64,000 nucleotides of DNA from NCBI GenBank assembly GCA_964016885.1, contig OZ024751.1, forward strand, positions 27,218,001 to 27,282,000. The letters are read 5' to 3'. How positions within the stretch are numbered: position 1 is the first letter of the stretch; each line of letters begins with the position of its first letter. This document shows positions 12,785-26,129 of the stretch, one piece after another. The DNA comes from Eledone cirrhosa (Eukaryota). The notes under the pieces are model-generated. The model ran no database searches. It was not told the origin of the DNA and saw only the letters and a list, made by a program, of their open reading frames with translations. A program made the position numbers and the translations under genes.

Positions 12785-13540
12785 GGGTGTACTGATTAAA
12801 AAACGTGAGGTTCCGTAAAACAACACAGAAACTACGGTCATTTACTAAATTTACATAAACTTTCACTATTTCAAATTATTAACGAGGTGTAATTAACACT
12901 CATGTGAACAAGACAATAGCAATTTAATTGTTTGATGTACTGAAGTGAATACATACTGTCAGAGATACGAGCTGGTTGGTAGGGGATAGATGAACTGGTT
13001 AGTAAGGGGTATATGAGACTGTTTGAAATAATTTGGAAAAGGTGCTGGTCCATGGAACATATTAATTTCTGGATCTCCTCCTCTGTTATACCACAAAATA
13101 CATCCATTATTGCCTGCTACAGTTCATCCTTGCTCCTAAATTGACATCCATTCTCATAAAATCGTCGCTATAGAATACCCCAAAAGTTTTCTATTGGGTT
13201 TAAGTCGGGGTAACAGACAGGCCACTTTATCTTCTGAGATCCACAGAAGCCTAATTGTTGTAGATATTCTGTAATTTTCTTCGTTGGGTGCGAGGGTGCA
13301 TTATCTTGCATGAATATTAAGGTTGTCTTGAAGGTGACCCTTTGCTTTCCCTCAGAAAGGCTATGTAAGCATCTGCCGCCATTTTAACATCTCTAGGCAC
13401 TTTCCAAGGACCAACAATAATACCTCCAATAACACCTGCCCAAATCATGATTCCTCCTTTGTTGGTGTCTCAAGCATTGATGACCATCTCATCCTTGACC
13501 CAACCATCAGGTCCATCAAGGATAGCACGAGTTTTGTCCA
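12785..13540 (-). mobile_element. Tc1-type DDE transposase relic
   Basis: Minus-strand fragments: DKTRAILDGPDGW, GGIMIWAGVIGGIIVGPWKV, LIFMQDNAPSH, WPVCYPDLNPIENFWGIL; frameshifts and stops are present. Confidence 0.85.
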
Positions 13541-13554
13541 CTCCCCACCCCCCC

Positions 13555-13935
13555 CCATCCAGCCCTCACTCACCCCACTCCAGCCCAGACTAACCCCTCT
13601 CCAGCCCTCGTTCACCCTCTCCAGCCCTCACTCACTCCAGCCCTCACTCACCCCACTCCAGCCTTCACTCACCCGTCTCCAGCCCTCCACTCACACTCTC
13701 CAGCCCTCCACTCACCCTCTCCATCTCTCCACCCACTCCAGCCCTCACACACCCACTCCAGCCCTCACTCACTCCACTCCAGCCCTCACTCACCCACTCC
13801 AGCTCTCATATACCCACTCCAGCCCTCACTCACCCACACCAGCCCTCACTCACCCACTCCAGTCCCCACTCACCCACTACAGCCCTCACTCACCCCACAC
13901 CAGCCCTCCACCCACCCGTCTCCAGCCCTCCAGTC
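13555..13935. repeat. Degenerate ~20-bp C-rich repeat (ccactccagccctcactcac)
   Basis: Visible tandem units. Confidence 0.8.
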
Positions 13936-14104
13936 ATCCCTGTCGGTACTCTAACGTATCTTCCTAGAAGCTGTAACAATATTTTCCAGTTTGGTGAGAT
14001 ATATATCAACATTCTCTACCAGATATTTTGTCTTAATCTCAGCCCCACACTCATCGGCACAGTCTCAACCCCCTGCATCAAATCCTCTGCCTCCTTCACT
14101 GTGT

Positions 14105-14490
14105 TTGTCACCAAACTATGTCGTCGGCAAATTCAGATGGTGGATGGATGCTACACGAGAATGCTAAGGATGGCTCTGAACATTAATCAGTATACACTGA
14201 GGATGAAAAACTCAGAGCTGTACGGGAGCCTCCCAAAAGTCAGCTCAAAAGTGACACAAAGGAAACTGAGGTTAGCTGGACATGCTCACCGACATCCAGA
14301 GTTGAAACTGCACTCAGTGCTCATGTGTGAGCTCCTGCATGGACACACTGGAAGAGGAAGACCAAGGTTAACTTATGTTGATGCCCTAAGGACAGACACT
14401 GGTCTGTTGGAGACGCAGGACATGGCAGCGATAATGAGGGACAGAGACCGCTGGAGAGAACTCGTCCATGGATCTCGGGAATTTTACCCG

Positions 14491-14493
<3 letters not shown>
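14105..14493 (+). mobile_element. 3' end of an RTE-like non-LTR retrotransposon
   Basis: DGCYTRMLRMALNI...NSELYG...RKLRLAGH...GRGRPRLTYVD...MRDRDRWR is a typical LINE C-terminus, and it ends directly in (TA)n. Confidence 0.8.
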
Positions 14494-14564
<71 letters not shown>

Positions 14565-14572
<8 letters not shown>

Positions 14573-14978
14573 TTCAAATATTAATAAAATAGATGTTCTT
14601 GTGATCAATTAAATTTTATTATACATATTTCAGAGGTACAACAGTACGTCCTCATCAGATAAAATAGAATGATACATGACATACCCCGAGATGTTAGATG
14701 TTTAAGATTTAATCAAGGTAGTCTACTACCTTGATTAAATCTTAAACATCTAACATCTCGGGGTATGTCATGTATCATTCTATTTTATCTGATGAGGACG
14801 TACTGTTGTACCTCTGAAATATGTATAATAAAATTTAATTGATCACAAGAACATCTATTTTATTAATATTTGAATTTAATATTTATAACTCTGGAAAATA
14901 TTTACTGTAGAGTGCTTCCAATCTACTGTAAAACTCATTCTTTGATATACTCATTGAATCTTGTTTAACTCTTTAATA
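14565..14978. mobile_element. Family A foldback: perfect 158-bp inverted repeat plus 3' tail
   Basis: Arms 14565-14722 and 14725-14882 with a 2-nt loop (ct); tail 14883-~14978; (TA)n flanks. Confidence 0.9.
14782..14834 (+). ncRNA. Type I hammerhead ribozyme (mirror copy on the minus strand at 14613-14665)
   Basis: attttat-CTGATGA-ggac gtac tgtt gtac ctct-GAAA-TATGT-ATA-ataaaat. Stem I is a perfect 7 bp, the core is intact, the triplet is AUA, and predicted cleavage is after 14827. Confidence 0.75.
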
Positions 14979-15472
14979 TATATATATAAGCAAAGAAATA
15001 TTTGAAACAATATTTATTTATATACATATATATATGTATGTGTATGTGTGTGTGTGTATGTGTCTATGTGTGTGTGTGTATGTATGTGTGTCTGTGTATA
15101 TGTATGTGTGTGTGTATGTATGTGTGTCTGTGTGTCTGTATGTGAGTGTGAGTGTGTGTATGTGTCTATGTGTGTATGTGTCCGTGTATGTGTATGTGTA
15201 TGTATGTCTGTCTGTGTGTATGTATGTGTGTGCGAATGTATGTGTGTCTCTGTGTGTGTATGTGTGTGTGTGTATGTGTGTGTGTATGTGTGTATGTATG
15301 TGTGTGTATGTATGTGTGTGTATGTATGTGTGTGTGGATGTATGTGTGTGCGTTTAAGAGGTTTAGCAAATGGCAATATTTCTAAATATTTTACTCCACA
15401 AATTGTGCAATATTTTTACACACAAAGTGAACATGCTCTCGCATATACATATACATCTACATATAAACACAC

Positions 15473-15515
<43 letters not shown>

Positions 15516-15774
15516 CAAATGTATATATGTATACATATATATGTGTGTGTGTGTCCTCTCTCACTCTCTCTCTATATATATATACACACACACATGCAAC
15601 CCTCCACCACCACCACTATCACTCTCACCACCACCACCAACAACAACAACAACGCCGCCACCACCACCACCACCAACAACAACACCAACACCACCACCAT
15701 CACCAACACCACCACCACCAACAACAGCAACAGCACCACCACCATCACCAACACCACCACCACCAACAACAACA

Positions 15775-16013
15775 CCACCACCACCACCACCACCACCACC
15801 ACCACCACCACCACCACCACCACCACCACCACCACCACCACCACCACCACCACCACCACCACCACCACCACCACCACCACCACCACCACCACCACCACCA
15901 CCACCACCACCACCACCACCACCACCACCACCACCACCACCACCACCACCACCACCACCACCACCACCACCACCACCACCACCACCACCACCACCACCAC
16001 CACCACCACCACC
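15775..16013. repeat. Pure (CAC)n microsatellite, ~80 units
   Basis: Uninterrupted run. Confidence 0.95.
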
Positions 16014-16237
16014 AGTCTTTCGTGTCTTGTCAGCGGAAAAACTGTTAGTTTTTGTGACTATTCTTGATTTTTTTTCTCTTTGATAGAAAGAGTGAGAGAG
16101 GGAGAGGGGTAAGGAGTGTAAGAGAGGCAGAGAGAGAGAGAGGGGAGGGGGAGAAAATGATGAGATAGTAAGAGTGAGAGAGAGGGAGAGAGGGGGGAGA
16201 GAGAGAAGGGGAGAGAGAGAGTAAGAGTGGGGAAGGT

Positions 16238-16289
<52 letters not shown>

Positions 16290-16594
16290 GAGTGCAGAAG
16301 TGGGGAAAGGATGGAGAGAGAAGTGTTTGCTTCTGTTGTTGTCGTATAACAACGACAACAACAACATTTGAAAGAGAAGAAGAAAGAAAACTATGGATTA
16401 TAAATTTAGACATTTTACTTTTTCATTGAAATAATTACAAAAGGTTTATAACCAACCAAAATCTCTCCTTTTCCCCTCCTTCAACAATATGCATACAATG
16501 ATACAATGTGTGTGTAAAAAGTAAACAGAAATAACAAAGCAAACGACACAGTACAATGAAATATATTAGTCTAACGTTTGAAATAATTGGCAAA

Positions 16595-16630
16595 GAGTCA
16601 ACGTTTCGGACACTAGTCCTTCATCAGAAG
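16595..16630 (-). ncRNA. Hammerhead-like core of Penelope pLTR type (stem I not evident)
   Basis: Minus strand CTGATGA-A-GGAC TAGT GTCC-GAAAC-GTTGACT. Confidence 0.55.
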
Positions 16631-16757
16631 ATAGAATGAGAAATAAAAGATGAAATAGAAAGATAAAGAGTGAGGAATGAAAGAAACGGGGAAAAAATGA
16701 GAGTAACCACACGTGTGTATTCAGTCAGCCATTTTGGAGAAATATATATGCATACCT

Positions 16758-16830
<73 letters not shown>

Positions 16831-16920
16831 TATGTATATATACGTGTGTGTGTGCGGAGTGTCAACGAAGTATAACAACGCATGAGAACGATATACGTAT
16901 GCATATATATATATGCATAC

Positions 16921-16987
<67 letters not shown>

Positions 16988-16993
<6 letters not shown>

Positions 16994-17415
16994 TTAAGAG
17001 TGACAAAGGTACTGTGTGGTTACTAATAAATATTGTTTAGAAAACAAACATAAGGACAATTCCCGCTTTATCTACTGTGAGTCGCTGATGTTTCGACGCA
17101 TGAAAAACAGTACATCTTACCACAGTGCGTTAATGGCTACGAAGTACTTATTAGAGAAGGAAAAAAAAAAAAAAAAGAAGAGAACGACAACAAAAGAAAA
17201 TAAACAGAAGAAAAATACCGTTTTCTAACAATACGTTTTCTAAACAATATTTATTAGCAACCACACAGCGCCTTTGTCACTCTTAATTCATATTAATTTA
17301 TTGTTGTGACCTTCGTTCTATTCTCTCTCTCGCTTGTTGTTGTTAATTCTGGTTTTGGACTTAAGTTGTACCATATTTGATTAACTCTTTTCCTTCATCC
17401 TTTCTCTCTCTTTTT

Positions 17416-17492
<77 letters not shown>

Positions 17493-17980
17493 CACTTATT
17501 CCCTCTCTCTACCCCACTCACTTATTCTATTTCTCTCTTACCATCTATCCCCCCCCCCTCATTCTGCTCCTTTTCCACTCCCCCCACTTCCTTTTTCCTT
17601 CGTCTCTCCCTTTTTGCGCCTGTTCTCGCTAAGATCAGACGTTCTGCTCTTCGCTCTCTCTCGTGCTGTTAATATCGATGTTCGGTCTCCTTTTTAACTT
17701 CTCCCTCTCTCCCATTGGTTACTGCAATCTATCGGTATGTCTTTCTTCTGTTTATTTTATTTTCCATTGTCTCTTCGCTGTCGTGTCTGTTTTTTTATTG
17801 TTTTTTTTTTTGTGTTTTTTTTTTTTTGTTTCCTTCCCTAATAACTGTACCTCGTAGTTATTAACGCACTGTGGTGAGGTGTGCTATCTTCATTGTGTCG
17901 AAACATCAGCGACCCACAGCAGACAGCCGAAGAGCGGGAATTGTCCTTATGTTTGTGTTTCTCTCACGTTTGCTAAACAA
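16988..17980. repeat. Nested diverged inverted repeats between TA tracts
   Basis: 16988-17044 pairs with ~17236-17293; ~17044-17165 pairs with ~17825-17957. Confidence 0.75.
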
Positions 17981-18049
17981 TATATATATATATATAAATA
18001 AATATATATATATATATTTTTTTTTTTTGACGATCGACTTTCGTCAAAT

Positions 18050-18236
18050 CGGACCGAGGAAACAATGTTTCCGTTGGTCTTTCCAATTGCTAATACTATC
18101 TATCGGTCGCAACTCCAGGTAGAAGGAGCAACGTGAAATAAAGTGTCTTGCTCAAGGACATAACGCATCACCTGGTCCAGGAATCGAACTCACAACCTTA
18201 CGATTGCGAATCCACTTCTCTAACCACTCAGCCATA
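18050..18236 (-). mobile_element. tRNA-derived CORE-type SINE
   Basis: Minus strand A-box TGGCTGAGTGG and B-box GTTCGATTCC, then tgtccttgagcaagacact (CORE-like). Confidence 0.8.
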
Positions 18237-18571
18237 TATTATAAGTTACGTGCTAAGCAGCCGGCGTACATGTAAGATTTCATCTGTTCATATTTAGTAT
18301 AAAGCTTAGAGTTAACCGAGTCTGTATAAATATGTATAGATATATTTTTACACATTTAAAGTATGTATGTAAACATGCCAAATATACGTGTTTCCTTGTA
18401 AATTAATCTTAATTAACTAGCAACATGAGAGCTAATAATATGCAAATTAGTACGACCATTCCGGGCTATAAGTGTCAGGCATACTATAATCCATCCATGG
18501 CTGCAGTTTCTCTCTATATATACATGTATATATCTCTCTCTTTCTCTCTGACAGACGTACAGACTACTGCA

Positions 18572-18905
18572 TATATGTGTGTCCCCGCGTTTATGCATGC
18601 ATGTGTGCATATGTGTGTCCCCGCGTTTATGCATGCATGTGTGCATATGTGTGTCCCCGCGTTTATGCATGCATGTGTGCATATGTGTGTCCCCGCGTTT
18701 ATGCATGCATGTGTGCATATGTGTGTCCCCGCGTTTATGCATGTATGTGTGCATATGTGTGTCCCCGCGTTTATGCATGCATGTGTGCATATGTGTGTCC
18801 CCGCGTTTATGCATGCATGTGTGCATATGTGTGTCCCCGCGTTTATGCATGCATGTGTGCATATGTGTGTCCCCGCGTTTATGCATGCATGTGTGCATAT
18901 GTGTG
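18572..18905. repeat. 36-bp minisatellite, ~9 copies
   Basis: Unit atgtgtgtccccgcgtttatgcatgcatgtgtgcat. Confidence 0.95.
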
Positions 18906-19936
18906 TGCATGTGCATGTGTGCATGTATGTGTGCATATATAAGTATGTGTGCAAGCGTGTGTGTGTGTGTGTATGTTTGTGCGTATTTGCCTACGTGTGG
19001 GATTGTGATTGTGCATGTGTACATTGCTGTGTGTGCATATGTGTATGCGCATGTATGTGTCTGTGTGTGCATCTGTGTATGCACATGTATGTATGTGTGT
19101 GCATGTGTGTGTGTGTGTGCATGTATCTGTGTGTGTGCACGTCTGTGAGCATGGGTGTGTACCGGTATGTGTGCGCGCATATATGAGCATATGTGTGTGT
19201 GTGTGTGTGCATGTGTATGTATGTATGTATGAATGTATGGGTGTATGGGTGTGTATGTGTACATGTATGAGTTTATGAGCGTGTGTGTATGTGTGTGTGT
19301 ATGTGTGTGTGTATGTGTTTGTGTGTGTATGTGTTTGTGTGTGTATGTGTGTGTGTGTGTATGTGTGTGTGTATGTGTTTGTGTGTGTATGTGTTTGTTA
19401 ATGAAATAATATTTCAGGAGTCATCAGGTGGAAAGAATTGTTTCTCTTCCGTCTGGTAGTAGTAGTAGTAGCAGCAGCAGCAGTAGTAGCAGCAGCAGCA
19501 GTAGTAGTAGCAGCAGCAGTAGTAGTAGTAGCAGCAGTAGTAGTAGCAGCAGCAGTAGTAGTAGCAGCAGCAGCAGCAGCAGTAGTAAGCGAACTTACAT
19601 AAAGGTGAATGAACTTAACACTGATACCTGGAGAATCACACACGTGTATACACACACACATACACACGCACACACGTGTATATACACACACACATACACA
19701 CACGCGTATACATATACACACGTGTATACACACAAACACACACACATATATGTACATATATATATATATATATATATGCATACATATGCATATATATATA
19801 TATGCATATATATGCATATGCATGCATATATATATATATGATATGCAGACATACATAAACATGTGAGTAGATATATATATGCAAGTGTACACACAATTTA
19901 AACACGCCTACACACTAAAAGAAATCGTAAGGTATA

Positions 19937-20529
19937 ATATTCCAGATGTAACTACCGTTGTTCCTATATTCCAGATGTAACTACCGTTGTTCCTATATTC
20001 CAGATGTAACTACTGTTGTTCCTATATTCCAGATGTAACTACGGTTGCTCCTATATTCCAGATGTAACTGCTGTTGTTCCTATATTCCAGATGTAACTAC
20101 CATTGTTCCTATATTCCAGATGTAACTACTGTTGTTCCTATATTCCAGATGTAACTACGGTTGCTCCTATATTCCAGATGTAACTGCTGTTGTTCCTATA
20201 TTCCAGATGTAACTACTGTTGTTCCTATATTCCAGATGTAACTACTGTCGTTCCTATATTCCAGATGTAACTACTGTTGTTCCTATATTCCAGATGTAAC
20301 TGCTGTTGTTTCTATATTCCAGATGTAACTGCTGTTGTTCCTATATTCCAGATGTAACTACGGTTGCTCCTATATTCCAGATGTAACTGCTGTTGTTCCT
20401 ATATTTCAGATATAACTACTGTTGTTCCTATATTCCAGATGTAACTGCTGTTTCTCCTATATTCCAGATGTAACTGCTGTTGCTCCTATATTCCAGATGT
20501 AACTACTGTTGTTCCTATATTCCAGATGT
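19937..20529. repeat. 29-bp minisatellite, ~20 copies
   Basis: Unit tattccagatgtaactactgttgttccta. Confidence 0.95.
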
Positions 20530-20990
20530 GTCAATTATATCTATCATAGTGACCTCGTCATTTTCCTCGGTCTTGTATCTATGACAATAGAAGCTTCCTG
20601 CTAGCAAACCAGGACAGCTATAAGGTTACTATCAGAAACGACCCGGGTGATACAGACCAACACATAGCTGAGGTGTGTTTTCACTGACCAGCTAAAGTGA
20701 CACTGACTAGCTGTTGAGGGTCAGAGGTGTGTTTTCACTGACCAATAAAACTACGTTACTTATCGTTTCAATATTTGTGCCAATGGCTATAACTTCAGTT
20801 TTCATGTCATTTTTTCAGCTTTTTTTAAAACCTACCCTAGCATTCCAGTGAGTTTTACTGAAATGTAAGGCAAGTCTGCCTCTAGATTCTGCTACCCCTG
20901 GCCAAGCTGAATTCCATCGCCCTTTACAACAGTAATTTGTTCATGTTCACACAGAAAATGATAACACTCCTGTAAATGTAGTAATGTTGT

Positions 20991-21040
20991 GAGCTGTACT
21001 GATGAAGGGTGATAACCAGAAACATTAGTGTCTGCGGTTC
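20991..21040 (+). ncRNA. Type I hammerhead ribozyme
   Basis: gagctgta-CTGATGA-a g ggt gata acc a-GAAA-CA TTAG T-GTC-tgcggttc. Stem I is 8 bp (with G-U pairs), stem III is 3 bp, and the triplet is GUC. Confidence 0.7.
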
Positions 21041-21219
21041 TGTTTACATGCCAACATAAGAGCAAGAATGAACGGTTCATTCTACTGACATGGCTTTAAA
21101 AATGAGGCTTGTTTGCATAATTGCAAACGAATCGAATGTTATTATTAATATTCGAAAAACTCAGATTACATTTATTGTATTCAGCCATGTAGAGCGAAAA
21201 TTTTCTTTTTTATTATATA

Positions 21220-21642
21220 CTAGCAGAATGGCTCGGCGTTGCTCGGGATTCTAAACATAGATTGGCATGTTTATCCTTCCTTGAAACAGTTTCGTTGTAT
21301 GTTCACCAATTGATGCAGAAGTTCTAATAAAAAGTGAAGTCGCCTTGGGTGAATAGGCAAATAATTTTCCATTAAGATTTTTCATAAGCATGTAATTGCG
21401 TTCCCTCTCTTTTTTGTTGTTTTTGCTGCTGTTGGTGTGATATCAGCCATTGGTCGTACTACTAACACAGTCTCGTCCTTCTTCAGCCAATCGTGTATAT
21501 CCCCTTCGGCCTCGTCAGCCATGAGAACAATATTTGCTCTAGGATTCTTATATATTTGATATATATTTATCCTTATCGAGCCTCGTGAAATAAATAAGTT
21601 TGTTTATATTTTGTTATCGTGTATGCAAAAATATCTATACAC

Positions 21643-21707
<65 letters not shown>

Positions 21708-22815
21708 TAACAGATTAAAGTTTAAGCGAGGAATCGCTGCTTTCACCCTTAACAGGATCTTCTGAAACTAAAAAAATCAGTCTGTGAATGCAGAAGTAAA
21801 TATTTCGAAAAACGTTGCACACACTATATATATATAATATATATATATATACACACTGTATATATACATATATACACACACACACAGATAGTGTCATAAT
21901 GTCGTAATGCAGACAGATATTATAAGGGCGCGACCTTATGGCTATGTATCTATCTAAAAAGACAGGCTAAGAGAGATAGAGAGAGATCGCTAAATCGCCT
22001 AATGCGGTTCCTAGGGCATTGAAAATTTGAAATATTTGTTGCTCAAAACACTCACACAACCATAAGTATTACATGGGTAAAGTTTGAAAACAATCGGTTG
22101 GGTGGTTCTCGAGTTTTAGGGAGTCAGACAGACAGACAGACATTCTCTGTTTTAGACTAGCAGAATGGCCCGGCGTTGCTCGGGATTCTAAACATAGATT
22201 GGCATGTTTATCCCTCCTTTCTGAAACAGTACAGAGAAGTACGGAATATCTCAGCCTGGGGGTGGTGTCTACATTTTGTGCTTATAAAAAAAAAGTCGTC
22301 GTAGATTACCAGGAGTTTAACTTAATTGGGTGCCTGAGAGTAAAATGTTCACCCCATGAAAGCCAAGACGATAGGGTTAAGTAAAAAGGCATTCGACAAA
22401 CCGAACATGTATTTGTTGTGCTATGGTACAATGGAAGCTTTTAAGGCCCTAACGCAACCAAAATGCTTTAAAAAATCGGTTTTTCGCCTAATGCGGTCCC
22501 TGGGGCAAAAAATAGGGAAAATCTTTTTTGCTCAAAATACTTTAAACGACATAAGTAATGCAAATTTTGAAGAAACCGCCTGGATTATTGCTCCGTTATG
22601 CCCCCAAAAAGCATTTAAAGCCTAAAATATGTGGTTTTTCGCCTAATGCGGTTCCTAGGGCATTGACAATTTGAAATATTTATTGCTCAAAACACTCACA
22701 CAACCATAAGTATTACATGTGTAGTAAAGTTTGAAAAAAATCGGGTGGGTGGTTCTCGAGTTTTAGGGAGTCAGACGGACAGACAGACAGACATTCTCTG
22801 TTTTAGATATATAGA
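21220..22815 (-). mobile_element. Two tandem non-autonomous Helitrons
   Basis: Minus strand 5' TC (22815) TATATATCTAAAACAGAGAATGTCTGTC..., with a 3' hairpin cccgagcaacgccggg followed by CTAG at 22157-22160 and again at 21220-21223. The shared 5' block is at ~21995-22156 and ~22640-22807. The pair is inserted between A and T. Confidence 0.8.
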
Positions 22816-22901
22816 TATATATATGTATGTATGTTTATGTATATATTTATATATGTATATATATATGTATGTGTGTATCTATGTATGTACATATATTTGT
22901 G

Positions 22902-22962
<61 letters not shown>

Positions 22963-22973
22963 ATATATGTATG

Positions 22974-23008
<35 letters not shown>

Positions 23009-23035
23009 CTGTATGTATATATATATATATGTCTG

Positions 23036-23075
<40 letters not shown>

Positions 23076-23109
23076 CATATACGTATGTATGTACACATAT
23101 ATATGTATG

Positions 23110-23193
<84 letters not shown>

Positions 23194-23276
23194 GGAGGTG
23201 AGTTTTATTGTAGTACAATAAAGCAATGCAGATATCGGATAAGAAGCACTCTACAGTTTGTAGGACTGGAGTATGC

Positions 23277-23312
23277 ATAATATAAGATCAAAAGATGGTC
23301 ATCTTTTAATCT

Positions 23313-23348
<36 letters not shown>

Positions 23349-23366
23349 ATGGCCATCTTTTGATCT

Positions 23367-23374
<8 letters not shown>
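23277..23374. repeat. Short hairpin family in TA tracts (ataatataagatcaaaagatgg)
   Basis: 23277-23320 is a near-perfect palindrome; a further half copy lies at 23350-23374 and another at ~48162-48186. Confidence 0.65.
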
Positions 23375-23439
<65 letters not shown>

Positions 23440-24272
23440 GATGTATATATATATATGTCTGTATGTATATATATATACGTATGTATGTATATATGTCTAT
23501 GTATGTATATATGTATATATATATATATATATACATATATACATATACACATATATACACATATATACACATATATATGTAGCAGTGTATGTAGTGTTGC
23601 CCCCCAGTAGCTGTACAATGTCAGCCACGTCAACATATGGAAGACTTTTCTGTTGAGATGAAAACAACAATATAAACAATAAAACTCTAATTTTGCCTCT
23701 CACTTCTGCACATAACCTCTCTCTCTCTCTACCGCTCATTCCTCTCCCCCCCCCCCCAACACACCCCTCTCTCTCTTTCACCCTTCTCTCTCTCTCACTC
23801 CCTTCTCTCTCTCTCTCTCTCTCTCTGCATCTCTCTCTCATCCCCATCTCTCTCTACCTTTCATTCCTCTCTCACTCCCCTTCTCTCTAACCCCCTCTCT
23901 CTCTCACTCCCCTTCTATTTCTCACCTCCCTCTCTCCCTCCCTCTCTCTCTCTCATTCCCCTCTCTCTGACTCCCCTCCTCTCTCTCCCTCTCATCTCAC
24001 CCCCCCCTCTCACTCTACATATATATATACGTTACACGACAAGTTGAAGTATTAAATACCTTAATTCGTATCTGTACACATACACACATACACACATACA
24101 TACATACACATACACAAATACACACATACATACACATACACACATACACACATACACACATACACACATACACACATACACACATACACACATGCATACA
24201 CACACACACACATACATACATACATACATACACACATACATACATACATACATACATACATACATACATACA

Positions 24273-24306
<34 letters not shown>

Positions 24307-25401
24307 CACACATACATACATACATACATACACACATACATACATACATATATACACACATACATACATACATACATACACACATACATTCATACACACG
24401 TATACATATACACCTATGTATATATGGTGGTGGTGGTGGTGGTGGTGTTACTGATGGTAGTGGTGATGGTGGCGGTGGTGGTGATGATGGTGGTGATGGT
24501 AGTGGTGATGGTGGCGGTGGTGGTGATGGTCATGGTGGTGGTGGTGTTAGTGATGGTGGTGGTGTTAGTGATGGTGGTGGTGATGGTAGTGGTGATGGTG
24601 GTGGTGGTGGTGATGATGGTGATGATGGTAGTGGTGATGGTGGTGGTGGTGGTGATGATGGTGGTGATGGTAGTGGTGATGGTGGTGGTGGTGGTGGTGA
24701 TGGTGGTGGTGGTGGTGGATGGTGGTGGTGGTGTTAGTGATGGTGGTGGTGGTGTTAGTGATGGTGGTGGTGATAATGGTGGTGATGGTGGTGGTGATGG
24801 TAGTGGTGATGGTGGTGGTGGTGGTGGTGGTGGTGGTGGTGGTGGTGGTGGTGGATGGTGGTGGTGGTGTTAGTGATGGTGGTGGTGATAATGGTGGTGA
24901 TGGTGGTGGTGATGGTGGTGGTGGTGGTGGTGGTGGTATAAAAAATGAGGGGTGTGGGGAGGAGGTGTATAGTTTTTAATGAGAAACAGTTGACAAAGTA
25001 TATTTTATTTACACCAACAACGTACGTACAACACCACCACCAACAACAACACCACCACCAACAACAACAAGAACAACACCACCAACACCACCAACGACAC
25101 AACCACCAACAATACCACCACCACCACCAACACCACCACCAACAACACCACCAACAACAACAACAACACCACCAACAACAACAACAACAACAACACTACC
25201 ACCATCACCACCACCACCACCACCAACACTAACACTAACAACAACAATAACAACACCATCACCACCACCACCATCAGAACCACCATCATCATCACCACCA
25301 CCGCCATCATTATCAGCACTACCATCACCACAATCACCACCTCCACTATCATAACGAGGGACCAGCCATTATGTATGTATGTATGTATATATGTATATAT
25401 A

Positions 25402-26024
25402 TGTCAGGTTACCAGCTGGTGCTACTGGTAACATGTATCCCAGTACAACCTGTTTCTTGGTCGGGTCATTGGCGACTAAACTGGCAACCCCACCAAGGTT
25501 TCTTGGTGAGGAGGGTGACTTTGGACATCCTGCAGGACTAAAAACAAAACCTGTCAAAGGGCAAAGGAGCTCTTAAGAGTCAATGGCCATCCAAAATCAC
25601 CGGGAGAGATGACCCCTTAGCCTTTGTCAAGGCAGAATTCTAGGAGAAGGAAAACTCTGATATAACACCTGCAACCCTGATGGTATCCAATGATGTTGAC
25701 TTGTTCTTCTTTTTGGTAAATATCATCTTGGTTATGAGAGTGGGACTGGCTTTGTGCAGTGCCTTTGCTCACTATAAAACTATAAAAGCTTCACGGCACA
25801 GGCATTGCTTTATATCTGGAGATCTCTCTGCACTTGTCGTCACAGGGTACCATGGCCCCAGCACTATGTGTCAATAATTGTCACAAGTGTAGTGTTTGTA
25901 CCAGAGTTTTCAAGTCGCTGGCTGAACTAAAAAGTCACACTCGTTCAGCGCATCGGTGGGGGTTCTCCTACATGGATATAAAGTAGTGGCCGTACTCGAA
26001 AACGAGTTGGCAGTCACCATGTAT
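25402..26024 (+). mobile_element. ~620-bp non-autonomous RTE-derived retroposon, copy 1
   Basis: Near-identical to 35487-36106. The head has ctaggagaaggaaaactctga (RTE 5'UTR-like), the 3' part encodes HKCSVCTRVFKSLA.LKSHTRSAHR (C2H2), and it is flanked by (TATG)n-type repeats. Confidence 0.75.
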
Positions 26025-26027
26025 ATA

Positions 26028-26082
<55 letters not shown>

Positions 26083-26129
26083 ATGTATGTATGTATGTAT
26101 GTATGTATGTATGTATGTATGTATGTATG

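Noticed and set aside
18170-18236. tRNA gene
   Set aside because: A/B boxes run straight into a SINE core and there is no full cloverleaf; the same applies at 36.6, 54.5 and 55.7 kb.
19405-19432. Minus-strand CTGATGA-ctcct-GAAA
   Set aside because: No stem II or stem I pairing; at most a deleted relic.
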